Part shown: positions 36,353 through 45,769 of the stretch, in pieces
How the letters are laid out: each line of letters opens with the position of its first letter
How positions within the stretch are numbered: position 1 is the stretch's first letter
NCBI GenBank assembly: GCA_050246755.1
Contig: JBFWVL010000002.1
Location: 1-64,000 of the forward strand
Reading direction: 5' to 3'
Source of the DNA: Bacteriovoracia bacterium
GTDB taxonomy: Bacteria > Bdellovibrionota > UBA1018 > CAIPTA01
Length of the DNA stretch: 64,000 nucleotides
Program-made: the position numbers and the translations under genes
Notes under the pieces: model-generated
Seen by the model: the letters and a program-made list of their open reading frames with translations, nothing else
The model's database searches: none
What the model was told of the DNA's origin: nothing

Positions 36353-36947
36353 ATTCCGTCCCTCCGAGCGGCGTTTTCTCCGTTCCCTGAGCACGCCCGC
36401 GAAAATTCAGTCTTTTCTCGACCGTATTCCTTACCATCTGGCCGGAACCGCCTTTTCTCCCCGCATGGTACTGAATGAAAAAACCGCGCACTGCCTCGAG
36501 GGAGCTATTTTTGCCGCCGCCGCTCTTCGTGTGAATGGACACGCTCCGCTTATCCTAGATTTAGAGGGGCACCGAGATTCCGATCACGTGATCGCCGTCT
36601 TTAGGGAAAATGGGGGCTGGGGAGCGATCGCGATCTCTAACTACGCGGGTCTTCGCTACCGGGCACCCGTTTATAGGAGTCTGCGCGAGCTCGCCATTAG
36701 TTACTTCAACGATTATTTTAATCTCCGCCGGGAGCGATCACTCCGTACTTTTTCCCGGCCGGTGAACCTGAAGCGATTCGATTCGCTGAACTGGATGACT
36801 CGAGAAGATAACGTGTGGTTCATTGCCGAATACCTCTGCGATATTCCTCATACCCGTTTGCTGACGCCGAAAATGGAAAAGACGCTAACGCTGGTAGACC
36901 AGCGGGCACTGGGTGCCGGTACCTTTGGGAAGAAATATAAAAAATAG
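36345..36947 (+). CDS. conserved hypothetical protein, possible transglutaminase-like Cys protease fold
   Basis: HCLEGAIFAAA, DHVIA, WGAI and SNY. Confidence 0.65.
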   Translation: MNEFRPSERRFLRSLSTPAKIQSFLDRIPYHLAGTAFSPRMVLNEKTAHCLEGAIFAAAALRVNGHAPLILDLEGHRDSDHVIAVFRENGGWGAIAISNYAGLRYRAPVYRSLRELAISYFNDYFNLRRERSLRTFSRPVNLKRFDSLNWMTREDNVWFIAEYLCDIPHTRLLTPKMEKTLTLVDQRALGAGTFGKKYKK

Positions 36948-36970
36948 CTCCCCTGCAGTACAATTCTTTC

Positions 36971-37342
36971 ATGAGCATTCTTATTCTTCTCTGCATCGGT
37001 CTCGTGGCAATTTTGCATATTTATTTTCTCGTGCTGGAGATGTTTCTTTGGACTAAACCCCTCGGCAGAAAGGTATTTCGCCAGTCGCCCGAGAGGGCGG
37101 AAGCCACCGCGGTATTGGCGGCGAACCAAGGGCTATACAATGGATTTTTAGCGGGCGGGTTGCTGTGGGCCTTATTTCTGAATCTGCAGAATAATTTCCA
37201 GTTAGGCAGGCCAATAGCGATCTATTTTCTGGGCTGCGTGATTTTGGCGGGCGCTTACGGCGCCTACAGCGTGAACAAGAAAATCTTATTCGTACAAGCG
37301 TTGCCCGCCGCCGTGGCGCTGGCCTTCGTGCTTATTTCTTAA
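36971..37342 (+). CDS. DUF1304 membrane protein
   Basis: LEMFLW, ANQGLYNGFLA and QALPA. Confidence 0.92.
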   Translation: MSILILLCIGLVAILHIYFLVLEMFLWTKPLGRKVFRQSPERAEATAVLAANQGLYNGFLAGGLLWALFLNLQNNFQLGRPIAIYFLGCVILAGAYGAYSVNKKILFVQALPAAVALAFVLIS

Positions 37343-37799
37343 GATTCTGGTCGGAGACAATCAGGGAATGATTGGAAGCGGAAGCGATGAGCTTTCCTTC
37401 TTTAGAGTGAACCTCGGCCTTAAGCACGAGCAGTGTTTTAGATTTGGATACAACCTCAGCTTTGATCGTCACGAATTCGTCTTTTGCCGTGAAGGGTCGT
37501 AAAAAGCTAGTGCTCATTTCGATGGTCACAACCGGCCGTGCGGCCGCCATGTAGGTAAGGGGGCCGAATACCTCATCGATGGCCGCACAAAGAAATCCGC
37601 CCTGAAGCATGCGCATGGGATTCGTGAAGCGGGTATCGAATTTAATCTGGGCCGCGAGCATTTTTCCGTAGTCGATCTCTACGTACTCGGTGTTGAGGGT
37701 GCGATTTGATTGGGGCGGCATTTCGAGCGCCACGCCATTTTGGGCGAAGGCCTCGGCCATTTCTTCCATGCTCTTTCTTACTTGCTCGTGTGGACTCAT
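37332..37799 (-). CDS. PaaI family thioesterase
   Basis: NPMRMLQGG...IDEVFGP. Confidence 0.88.
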   Translation of the reverse strand: MSPHEQVRKSMEEMAEAFAQNGVALEMPPQSNRTLNTEYVEIDYGKMLAAQIKFDTRFTNPMRMLQGGFLCAAIDEVFGPLTYMAAARPVVTIEMSTSFLRPFTAKDEFVTIKAEVVSKSKTLLVLKAEVHSKEGKLIASASNHSLIVSDQNLKK

Positions 37800-37815
37800 T
37801 AGAAAGAAATAGCAC

Positions 37816-38220
37816 TTAGAAATCGAGTTCGCAGTTAACTTTTTTCCCGTTGGCCTCAAGGGAGGCGTGGAAGTAGGAGTCGTCCGCGGTCAGGGCGGTA
37901 AGCTTTCCTTGGCCGGGGATTTCGTACTCTCTCACGTAAGAGCCGTCGTCCTGATAAGACTGCGTAAGCACCACGGCACTGTCGTTGCGGACGTCGAGCC
38001 AAGTGAGGCCTTCCTCCGAGATCATGCCCAAACGAATGCCGCCGTCAAAACGCTGAATTTTTAAAGCGCACTCTTGGCCTTCGCCGATCATCAGGGAGAA
38101 GTTTCTCGCATCGGATTCGAGCTCATTCACCGAAGCCAGCTTTTGCGGCAATACCGCCAGCGCAGGTTGGGCGGCGAAGAGGGTGAGGGCTAGCAGGCTT
38201 AGGGGCAGTATATTTTTCAT
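37816..38220 (-). CDS. secreted hypothetical protein
   Basis: Signal peptide ALA and GGAG RBS. Confidence 0.65.
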   Translation of the reverse strand: MKNILPLSLLALTLFAAQPALAVLPQKLASVNELESDARNFSLMIGEGQECALKIQRFDGGIRLGMISEEGLTWLDVRNDSAVVLTQSYQDDGSYVREYEIPGQGKLTALTADDSYFHASLEANGKKVNCELDF

Positions 38221-38329
38221 AAATTCTCCGAACCAGTTTATGGGCAGAAGCTACTCCTCTCGTATTTATTATGCAAAATAATACGTTAAGGCATATTTGT
38301 ATTCTCTTTATGAATAATAAAAATGAGGC

Positions 38330-39247
38330 CTAAAGGATGGTTCCCTTGGAATTGCGCGTCGGCTCTTCGGGAAGAGGAATAAATTCACTTTCGTCGCCGG
38401 GAACTTTCGGAAAACGGCTGCCCGCTTCTCCAGGCCCTTTGCTCCATGCGGCTTTTGCCTCCGTGATATTTTTTTCCGAGCTCGAAACGAAATTCCAGTC
38501 GATAAAACGCCGCCCCAGCGGTTTGCCGCCAAAGAGCATTACCCGCGAAGGAGCCAGCGCTTCCATCGTAAGGTCGGTACCCACACGGCCGATTCCCATC
38601 GAAAATTCCTTCAATTCTTTTTCTTCCACTTTCAGGGAGCCGCTTACCACGTATAAGCCCGTCTCCTGATTCTCGGCGGGGAGAGTTAGCTTGGTGCCCT
38701 GAGGGAACACGGCATCAACGTAAAATAGTTCTGAGCCGGCCGCAGCGGCGCTGGTTTTTCCGAAGGCCGATCCAAGAAGGAGCTTTAATTTTACTCCGCC
38801 GAGTGTAAATTCCGGGAAGCTTTCCGCCGGGTGATGCACGAAACTGGGCGGTACGTCTTCGCTGCCTTCCGGCAGCGCCACCCAAAGCTGAATTCCGCTC
38901 AGGCGCCCGCCCGCCTTTCGCAAATCATCCGGCGTGCGTTCCGAGTGCACTATTCCGTGCCCCGCCGTCATCCAGTTGATGGCACCCGGCTCGATCAGCT
39001 GCTTGGATCCGAGGCTGTCGCGGTGAAGGATTTTCCCTTCGAAAAGGTAGGTTACGGTGGCGAGGTGAATATGGGGGTGAGGCCTTACGTCGAGGCCCTC
39101 ACCGGGCGCAAAGGCGGCAGGGCCCATATGGTCGAAAAAGATAAAAGGACCAACCATCCGATGCGAAGCGTAAGGGAGGAGTCGGCGCACCGAAAAACCG
39201 CCGAGGTCTTTTTCGCGCGAGGTGATAACGAGTGATAAATTTCCCAT
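38330..39247 (-). CDS. pirin family protein
   Basis: GPFIFFDH, HPHI, HRDS, MTAGHGIVHSE and QLWVALP. Confidence 0.95.
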   Translation of the reverse strand: MGNLSLVITSREKDLGGFSVRRLLPYASHRMVGPFIFFDHMGPAAFAPGEGLDVRPHPHIHLATVTYLFEGKILHRDSLGSKQLIEPGAINWMTAGHGIVHSERTPDDLRKAGGRLSGIQLWVALPEGSEDVPPSFVHHPAESFPEFTLGGVKLKLLLGSAFGKTSAAAAGSELFYVDAVFPQGTKLTLPAENQETGLYVVSGSLKVEEKELKEFSMGIGRVGTDLTMEALAPSRVMLFGGKPLGRRFIDWNFVSSSEKNITEAKAAWSKGPGEAGSRFPKVPGDESEFIPLPEEPTRNSKGTIL

Positions 39248-39277
39248 GCCCTACACTTACGGACTTTAACTGGTCTG

Positions 39278-39985
39278 TCAAATTTGCGCGGCGGTTTTGA
39301 CGGCAGCGGTGGGGGAGAGGCGGTAGCCGGATCCCTTCACGGATTCGATATAGGAAGAAAGAGGGCCGAGCTTTTTGCGGATGGCGGAAATGTGGGTATC
39401 TATGGTGCGGTCAAAAACGGAACTTGCGTTACCCCAAACGGCGTCGAGCAACTGCTCGCGGCTGAGGATATTATTTTCATTCTTGGCGAGAAATACCAAA
39501 AGCTTGAATTCCCGGCCAGTGAGCTTAATGGTTTTTTGATTCTGAAGGTCGAAGGCTTGCTGACGGTCGAGGTCGATCTGCAGCTGGCCGATTTTAAATA
39601 CATTTTTATTCGACTTCTGGCGGAAAAGCTTCTTTACTTGCGCGTCGAGGCGGGCCGCGAGCTCCGTTACTTCGAAAGGTTTTACGATATAGTCTTCCGC
39701 GCCGAGTGCGAAAGCGGCCACTTTAATGGCCACTTCCTGCTTGCCGGTAATAAAGATCACGGGAATTTCGCTCGAAGCGGTCTGAATTTCGGAGAAAAAT
39801 TGAAAGCCATCTTCGTCGGGGAGGGAGAGATCCAGAAGAATCATATCCGGGAAGGCCGCGCCGGCGGACGCACGTGCCTCGGCCGCAGTGGAAACACATT
39901 CCACCTTCACTTCGTGCCGCGCCAAGATTTTCGCCAGAAGAAACTGCGTTTGGAGGCAGTCCTCGATCACTAGTATTTTCTTCAC
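39278..39985 (-). CDS. OmpR-family response regulator (orphan)
   Basis: REC domain plus winged helix (RTIDTHISAIRKKL). Confidence 0.9.
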   Translation of the reverse strand: MKKILVIEDCLQTQFLLAKILARHEVKVECVSTAAEARASAGAAFPDMILLDLSLPDEDGFQFFSEIQTASSEIPVIFITGKQEVAIKVAAFALGAEDYIVKPFEVTELAARLDAQVKKLFRQKSNKNVFKIGQLQIDLDRQQAFDLQNQKTIKLTGREFKLLVFLAKNENNILSREQLLDAVWGNASSVFDRTIDTHISAIRKKLGPLSSYIESVKGSGYRLSPTAAVKTAAQI

Positions 39986-40201
39986 GTACTACCCATCGGA
40001 AGTACGCGAAGAAAACCTTTCAGGATGAGACGTTTTTTTGCCAGATTTACGTGGCAGCGTGTTTTTAGGGGGCGTTCTCGCTTCCTAAGGAAGGGCTTTG
40101 GAGGGGCTGACACGCCTAATTTTGTTTCCGGCATCGTCGGCTATTATTATTCGAGGATCCCACCGTTTTTGAAGGAACAGGCAAAAATGAGTCAAGCCAA
40201 G

Positions 40202-41443
40202 CTAGTGGAGCGGCGCCACAATTTCCTCGGCCGAAGGAACGGCTTCTAGCCCCTCCGGCATTCTTCGTTTTCCGAATAGGAAAACCAGCAAGGCGGCGGA
40301 AGACGAAGTGGCAAAAATAGCGACGATGGGAAAAGTTTGGCGCGCATCGAGTAACCCAATGCCCATTGAGGCCAGGGCGCCGGCGCCAATTTGGAGGAAG
40401 CCGAGTAGAGCGGAGGCGCTGCCGGCATTTCGGGAAAAAGGCGCGAGCGCGAGGGCCGCCGCATTCGGGTAAAGAAAGCCGAGGGTAGATAAATACGCGA
40501 AGAGCATGGCGATGGTAGTTAGCAAGCCAAACCAGCCGGCGGCGGTGCCCACCAGAAAGAAAAAGGCCATGGCTACTTGGGCGCAGAGGGCGGCCTGGTA
40601 AATGCTTTCGGGACGAAAGCGGCGCGAGAGCAAAATATTCACCTGGCCGGCGCCGATAAAGCCTACCGAGAGCAGGGCAAAGATTCCGCCGTAGGTCTGG
40701 GCTGAAACGTGAAACACTTCCATGAAAATAATCGGCGATCCCGCCACGTAAGCGAAGAGGCTAGCAAAGGAAAGCGAGCCCGATAGCGCGTAGGTGAAAA
40801 ATTGGGGGTCGCGGAAAATTTCGGCATAGCCGCGCAAAATCGGCACGATCCGGAGTGAGATGGAAGAGTCTGGCTGATGACCTTCGGGTAAAACGAAAAA
40901 AGTAACTGCGAGGATAGCCGCCACCACGAGCAGAAGAAAAATAAATACCGCGTGCCAGCCGAAGTGCACCGAAATAAAACTTCCGGCCGTGGGTGCCAAA
41001 AGGGGCGAAACGCTGAGGATGAGCATCAGCATGGAAAAAACCTTGGCGCCTTCCTTGACCGGAAAGAAATCGCGCACCATCGCCGTGGCGGCCACTCCGG
41101 CGGCGCAGCCCCCGAGGGCTTGCAGGAAACGGAAAGCGATCAGGGCCTCCACGGTATGGGAATAAAGGCAGCCAACCGAAGCCAAGATAAAAAGTAGGAG
41201 GCCAAAATGAAGGGGGGGCTTTCTGCCAAATCGATCGAGCACCGGGCCGTAGAATAGCTGGCCCACCGAAAGGCCCACGAAGTAGCTCGATAGTGACAAC
41301 GCAACTTTTCCCACCGTGCTATTGAGGTCGGTGGCGATTTGCGGAAAGGCGGCTAGGTACATGTCGATCGCGAGAGGGCTGATCGTGGTGAGTGCCCCGA
41401 GAATCAAGATCAGCACGAAATTACTTCTCGGGGTCACGGTCAT
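40202..41443 (-). CDS. Bcr/CflA MFS multidrug efflux transporter
   Basis: IDMYL, GPVLDRFGRKP and RFLQALG. Confidence 0.93.
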   Translation of the reverse strand: MTVTPRSNFVLILILGALTTISPLAIDMYLAAFPQIATDLNSTVGKVALSLSSYFVGLSVGQLFYGPVLDRFGRKPPLHFGLLLFILASVGCLYSHTVEALIAFRFLQALGGCAAGVAATAMVRDFFPVKEGAKVFSMLMLILSVSPLLAPTAGSFISVHFGWHAVFIFLLLVVAAILAVTFFVLPEGHQPDSSISLRIVPILRGYAEIFRDPQFFTYALSGSLSFASLFAYVAGSPIIFMEVFHVSAQTYGGIFALLSVGFIGAGQVNILLSRRFRPESIYQAALCAQVAMAFFFLVGTAAGWFGLLTTIAMLFAYLSTLGFLYPNAAALALAPFSRNAGSASALLGFLQIGAGALASMGIGLLDARQTFPIVAIFATSSSAALLVFLFGKRRMPEGLEAVPSAEEIVAPLH

Positions 41444-41445
41444 TT

Positions 41446-41625
41446 TTATTCCAGTTCTTTGAGGTAGCTGACCACTTTTTCCACCCACGCCACTCGTTCC
41501 ACCGGCGTGGCTTGGGCCGGGCTGCGGTTTTCGAGGATGGGGGATGAAGGCTCGCCTTCGGCAAATTTTTGCACGAAGGCGAGGAGGGATGCGAGTACTA
41601 ATAGTAGAAAAAAGTGATTCCGCAT
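41446..41625 (-). CDS. small exported peptide
   Basis: 59 aa with a hydrophobic N-terminus; fits exactly between the SDR and Bcr genes. Confidence 0.5.
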   Translation of the reverse strand: MRNHFFLLLVLASLLAFVQKFAEGEPSSPILENRSPAQATPVERVAWVEKVVSYLKELE

Positions 41626-41635
41626 AACGGTACCG

Positions 41636-42385
41636 TTAGATTTGGCCGAAGCCGCCGTCCACGAACAGCTCACTGCCGTTCACGAAGCTGCTTTCCTCGG
41701 AAGCCAGGAAGGCCACGGCTTTGGCCACTTCGTCGGGATCGCCCATTCGGCCTAAGGGAATTCCCTTCACCATTTGCTCCTTAAACTGCTGGGCCTGCGC
41801 TTCGCTTCCGGCAATTTTAGCGATGGCCGGCGTGGCGATGGGGCCGGGGCTTACGGCATTCACCCGAATTTTCCTGGCTTTCAAATCCAGAATCCAAGAG
41901 CGGGCAAACGAACGCACGGCCGCCTTGGTGGCGCTATATACGCTGAAGGACTCCATGCCCATGCTGGCCGCGGTGGAGGCATTGAGGATGATCGAGCTTC
42001 CGTCGCGCAGGAGAGGCAGCGCTTTCTGCACGGTAAATACGAGGCCCTTCACGTTATTGTTGAAAGTGGTATCGAAGTGTTCTTCCGTAATTTCGCCGAG
42101 GGCCGCAAATTCTCCGCCGCCGGCGTTGGCGAAGATCACGTCGATCTTTCCTTTTTCTTTTTTCACCGCGGCGTAGAGCTTATCCAGGTCGGCTAGTTTA
42201 GCCACATCACCCTGAATCCCGGTGGCATTGGGCCCGAGCAAACTGAGGGCCGCATCTAGCTCCCCTTGGCGGCGGCCCGTGATGAATACATATGCGCCTT
42301 CGGCGATGAAGCGTTTTGCTGTGGCCAGCCCAATCCCGCTCGTGCCGCCGGTGATTACCGCAATTTTTCCTTCTAACTTTTTCAT
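41636..42385 (-). CDS. SDR family oxidoreductase
   Basis: [11 protein letters not shown] and YSATK. Confidence 0.95.
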   Translation of the reverse strand: MKKLEGKIAVITGGTSGIGLATAKRFIAEGAYVFITGRRQGELDAALSLLGPNATGIQGDVAKLADLDKLYAAVKKEKGKIDVIFANAGGGEFAALGEITEEHFDTTFNNNVKGLVFTVQKALPLLRDGSSIILNASTAASMGMESFSVYSATKAAVRSFARSWILDLKARKIRVNAVSPGPIATPAIAKIAGSEAQAQQFKEQMVKGIPLGRMGDPDEVAKAVAFLASEESSFVNGSELFVDGGFGQI

Positions 42386-42401
42386 GGTCTCTTCCTTTTT
42401 C

Positions 42402-42420
42402 TGTAATGATTAAAGTAACA
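42402..42420. promoter_or_regulatory. candidate Rrf2 operator 1
   Basis: TGTAATgattaaaGTAACA upstream of the SDR start at 42385. Confidence 0.7.
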
Positions 42421-42443
42421 ATTCAGCGCAAAAAAATTCAGCT

Positions 42444-42665
42444 TCAGTTCCGCTTTTCACGGCCTCCTCTCAGGAACTGAAGCTGGGTGGATGGGTCCTG
42501 GCTTTCCGTTATGCCGGCGGCGTAGGAACTAGGAGAGCGTGCATTTTCCGCCTTTGCGTTCGTGGAGATCGCCGAGCAGGAGCTGAACAGGGTGAGCCCC
42601 AAGAACAGCGCCGAGATGAACGAGAGTTCCACGAAATCTTTTTGCCGGGCGATCGCGTTACGCAT
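42444..42665 (-). CDS. small putative lipoprotein
   Basis: Start overlaps the SDR stop; hydrophobic stretch then FSSC. Confidence 0.45.
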   Translation of the reverse strand: MRNAIARQKDFVELSFISALFLGLTLFSSCSAISTNAKAENARSPSSYAAGITESQDPSTQLQFLRGGREKRN

Positions 42666-43410
42666 TGAAGCCTCCGTCGATATCGAGAGTGGTACCGGTG
42701 ATATAAGAGGCGGCAGGGCTAGCGAGGAAGACCACGCCGGCGGCGATTTCTTCGGGGCGGCCATAACGTCCAAGCGGGATGCCGGCCTTCATCGTCTCCG
42801 CCATCGCTCCGTCTTCGGGGTTCATGTCGGTAGCGATCGGCCCGGGCTGCACGGCGTTCACCGTGATTTTTCTCGGGGCGAGGTCACGTGCGGCGCCCTT
42901 GGTATAACCGGCCACGGCGAATTTCGTCATGGCGTATTCGGTCATGCCGGGGAAAGCGGTGCGCACTCCCAACACTGAACCGATATTGATGATGCGGCCG
43001 CCATCGGAAAGCAGGGGGGCCGCTGCGCGGGTGGCCGCGATCACTCCACCTACGTTCACCGCCAGCTGGCGATCAAGGGCCGCAAAATCATTCTCGGCCC
43101 CCACCATTGCCGAAGTAGCCACGCCGGCATTGTTCACCAAGATATCGAGCTTGCCGAATTGCTTGTGCACGGCCTTTACGAGCTCGGTCACTTGCTTGGC
43201 GTCGGCTTGGTCGGCCTTGAAGGCGGCGGCGCGCACGTCTTTGCTTTCAAGCTCCTTCACGAGGGCGTTCGCTTTATCGGCGGAGGCCACGTAGCTGATC
43301 GCCACGGAGGCCCCTTGCTCGGCAAGGGCGATGGCGATCGCTCGGCCGATGCCGCGGGATCCGCCGGTTACGAGAGCTACTTTACCTTTGAGTGTATTTG
43401 CGTTGTTCAT
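42658..43410 (-). CDS. SDR family oxidoreductase (BdcA/FabG-like)
   Basis: TGGSRGIG, NNAG, YAMTK and QPGPIATDMNP. Confidence 0.95.
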   Translation of the reverse strand: MNNANTLKGKVALVTGGSRGIGRAIAIALAEQGASVAISYVASADKANALVKELESKDVRAAAFKADQADAKQVTELVKAVHKQFGKLDILVNNAGVATSAMVGAENDFAALDRQLAVNVGGVIAATRAAAPLLSDGGRIINIGSVLGVRTAFPGMTEYAMTKFAVAGYTKGAARDLAPRKITVNAVQPGPIATDMNPEDGAMAETMKAGIPLGRYGRPEEIAAGVVFLASPAASYITGTTLDIDGGFNA

Positions 43411-43449
43411 TTTCTGATTCCCCATCTTTTAGTTAGTTATTGTTTATTC

Positions 43450-43468
43450 TGTTATTTTATAAGTAACA
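43450..43468. promoter_or_regulatory. candidate Rrf2 operator 2
   Basis: TGTTATtttataaGTAACA. Confidence 0.7.
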
Positions 43469-43490
43469 CTTAATGTCAAAAAAAATGCGC

Positions 43491-43919
43491 CTAGCCCGTG
43501 TCCATTTTCAGATCCGCGATCACCTCCGCTAAACTAAGTTTCTTTAAGCTTTCTTCCATGCCTTTTTGGGCCTTATTCAGCACGCCCTCGAGGGCCGGTT
43601 TGATATTGCAGCTCACTTTGCAGGCTTTCTCCGCTTCGTAGTTATGGATCGCGAAGGCCTGGGGAGCTTCCACGGCTTTGTAGATATCGTAGAGTGAGAT
43701 GTCGGCGGGCTTGCGGGCTAGGCAGCAGGAGCCGCCTTTGCCGGTGGTGGTATGCACGAGGCCGGCTTTCGAAAGTTTCGCGATCACGCGGCGAACGAAG
43801 CTCGGGTTCGCGTTCACGCTGGAGGCGAGAGTGCCCGAGCAAACGTCGGCTTCCTTGCGGTAGCCCAATCCAGCCATCAGGTGGATCGCGATCGAGAATT
43901 GTGTGTTAGCGGCGGCCAT
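43491..43919 (-). CDS. Rrf2 family regulator (HypR/YwnA-like)
   Basis: FSIAIH, SVNANPSFVRR and CKVSCNI. Confidence 0.92.
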   Translation of the reverse strand: MAAANTQFSIAIHLMAGLGYRKEADVCSGTLASSVNANPSFVRRVIAKLSKAGLVHTTTGKGGSCCLARKPADISLYDIYKAVEAPQAFAIHNYEAEKACKVSCNIKPALEGVLNKAQKGMEESLKKLSLAEVIADLKMDTG

Positions 43920-43921
43920 AT

Positions 43922-43940
43922 TGTTATTCTAATAGTAACA
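43922..43940. promoter_or_regulatory. candidate Rrf2 operator 3 (autoregulatory)
   Basis: TGTTATtctaataGTAACA immediately upstream of the ATG. Confidence 0.7.
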
Positions 43941-44251
43941 GATCGGAAGGGCAAGGGGATTTATTGAGGGGGAAGGGGGTTCGCTATAAATTATTGATTT
44001 TATTAATGAAATTTTAGATCTAAATAGGGCGGAGCATCTGGGGGAGTGCGGCTTATGAAAAAAAACAGGGCTTTAGTGAAGGATAGAATTCAGAGCATTT
44101 CTGATCGAGCTTTATATCGGAAGTTTCTGATCTTGGAACGGTATTCGCAACCGATGCTGGCGACTGCTTAAATCGAATAGGTGACCCTAGATAGAGACTT
44201 CATTATCCGAATTGTTGGCATCTGTCGAAATATTAGACAAGGAATACCGCG

Positions 44252-45289
44252 GTGTTAGAAATCTACAAATCTTCTATCCTCCTCTCGCTTACTCTTTTCA
44301 CTTTGACCGCTGGTGCGGCGCCCGTTGGCACCCGCGTTGAAGATTCTGATCGCGATCAACTGGTCGTTTTACAAAGTGCTCTGGAGAAAACATTCAAAAG
44401 TAAGTGCCAAGCAATCTCAAAAGACGGCAACAGATTCGTATTGGATACTTCGAGTTGCATCCCCGGCCGGGTGCGAGACATCTTGGGTAAACGCGCGCTC
44501 ATCGGTGGCCCCAACTGCTATAATTTCGCACTGTATTCCATCGGCATACTCGATTCACTTCGGGCTGTGAATAGCAATGAAGTCGACGAGCAGTTTTTTA
44601 CCCCGAGAAGCTCCACCTGCTCTGAAATGAAAACCGCACCTCAGCCCGGACAAATTGTTTCGCTTGAAGAGAAACGTGAAAATGCGAGCAGAAAGATTCA
44701 CGCTTACGTGCATCTAACGGACAAGTACGCTTTAACTAAAAACGGTCCAGACACGGATTCATTTTGGCAAATCAGCACACTCGACCGAATTAACGCCGCA
44801 TATCCCATTCCTAATTCGGAACGATTGGCAATTTCGTACAAGTGCACCCCACAAACCATCCCCCAGTTGCCAGGATCGAGGGAAATCCGCGATTTCTCCA
44901 AGCTTGTTACTGATGCTCAGATCGCATCTAAAATCCCGGCGAACCTAACAAGAGATATGGAAGCTAACATCGCCAATCTCGACGCTATCCTCAACGCCAA
45001 AAATATTAAAGCACTCGACTCTGGTGACCCGACCAAGCTCTATGAGCTGGTCGCCCAACTCTACCCGGTAAAAGTTTATTATTACGGCTTACAGAAAGTG
45101 TCGCAAGAATCTGCAGATTCGTTCCGTCCATCAGCCGAGACGTTTCTTAAAATACTAAGTCGCGTCCTCGATACTTCTCGGAAGGAATACGGTCTACTAG
45201 ATGTCACAAATGCTGACGATCAACTGGAATATGAGTTCTGCAAGAATCACCAAGCAAGCATTTGTTCATTAGATAGTGGCGGACACTAA
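44252..45289 (+). CDS. secreted hypothetical protein, possible papain-like Cys-His catalytic fold
   Basis: Signal peptide, GPNCYNFA, IHAY and TKNG; AT-richer than flanking genes. Confidence 0.65.
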   Translation: MLEIYKSSILLSLTLFTLTAGAAPVGTRVEDSDRDQLVVLQSALEKTFKSKCQAISKDGNRFVLDTSSCIPGRVRDILGKRALIGGPNCYNFALYSIGILDSLRAVNSNEVDEQFFTPRSSTCSEMKTAPQPGQIVSLEEKRENASRKIHAYVHLTDKYALTKNGPDTDSFWQISTLDRINAAYPIPNSERLAISYKCTPQTIPQLPGSREIRDFSKLVTDAQIASKIPANLTRDMEANIANLDAILNAKNIKALDSGDPTKLYELVAQLYPVKVYYYGLQKVSQESADSFRPSAETFLKILSRVLDTSRKEYGLLDVTNADDQLEYEFCKNHQASICSLDSGGH

Positions 45290-45373
45290 TCTGAACGTCA
45301 GTCTAAATCTCTAACTTTTAGAACGCCTTTCGAGCAGAAAGACTTAGGCATTTAGTTTGTGATAAAAGAACCC

Positions 45374-45721
45374 ATGCCTGAACCAACCGATTTCTCCAAA
45401 AAAGTAATCGCCACGATCAAGAAAATTCCAGAGGGAAAAGTAGCCACCTACGGACAGATCGCGGCCCTCGCCGGCAAGCCCCATGGCTCGCGGGGAGTAG
45501 CGTGGTTGTTGAATTCCAGCACGCGCGCTCACGGCCTACCTTGGCAGCGCGTGATCAATAGCAAAGGGAAGATCTCGTTCCCCGTAGATTCCGATTCTTT
45601 CCTGCGCCAGAAAGCGATGCTGGAGCGAGAAGGCGTGGAGTTTCTTACGCACGAGAGCGTGGATATGAAATCCCACCAGTGGAAGAAGTTCGCGAAGATC
45701 CCGAAGTTTCTTAGGGGCTAA
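45374..45721 (+). CDS. alkyltransferase-like (ATL/YbaZ) MGMT-family protein
   Basis: IPEGKVATYGQIA and PWQRVINSKG (no active Cys). Confidence 0.9.
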   Translation: MPEPTDFSKKVIATIKKIPEGKVATYGQIAALAGKPHGSRGVAWLLNSSTRAHGLPWQRVINSKGKISFPVDSDSFLRQKAMLEREGVEFLTHESVDMKSHQWKKFAKIPKFLRG

Positions 45722-45769
45722 TACCTGCTGGCGCGTACGCGGTTTCGCTTCCCCGTCCGATAAGAAGGA

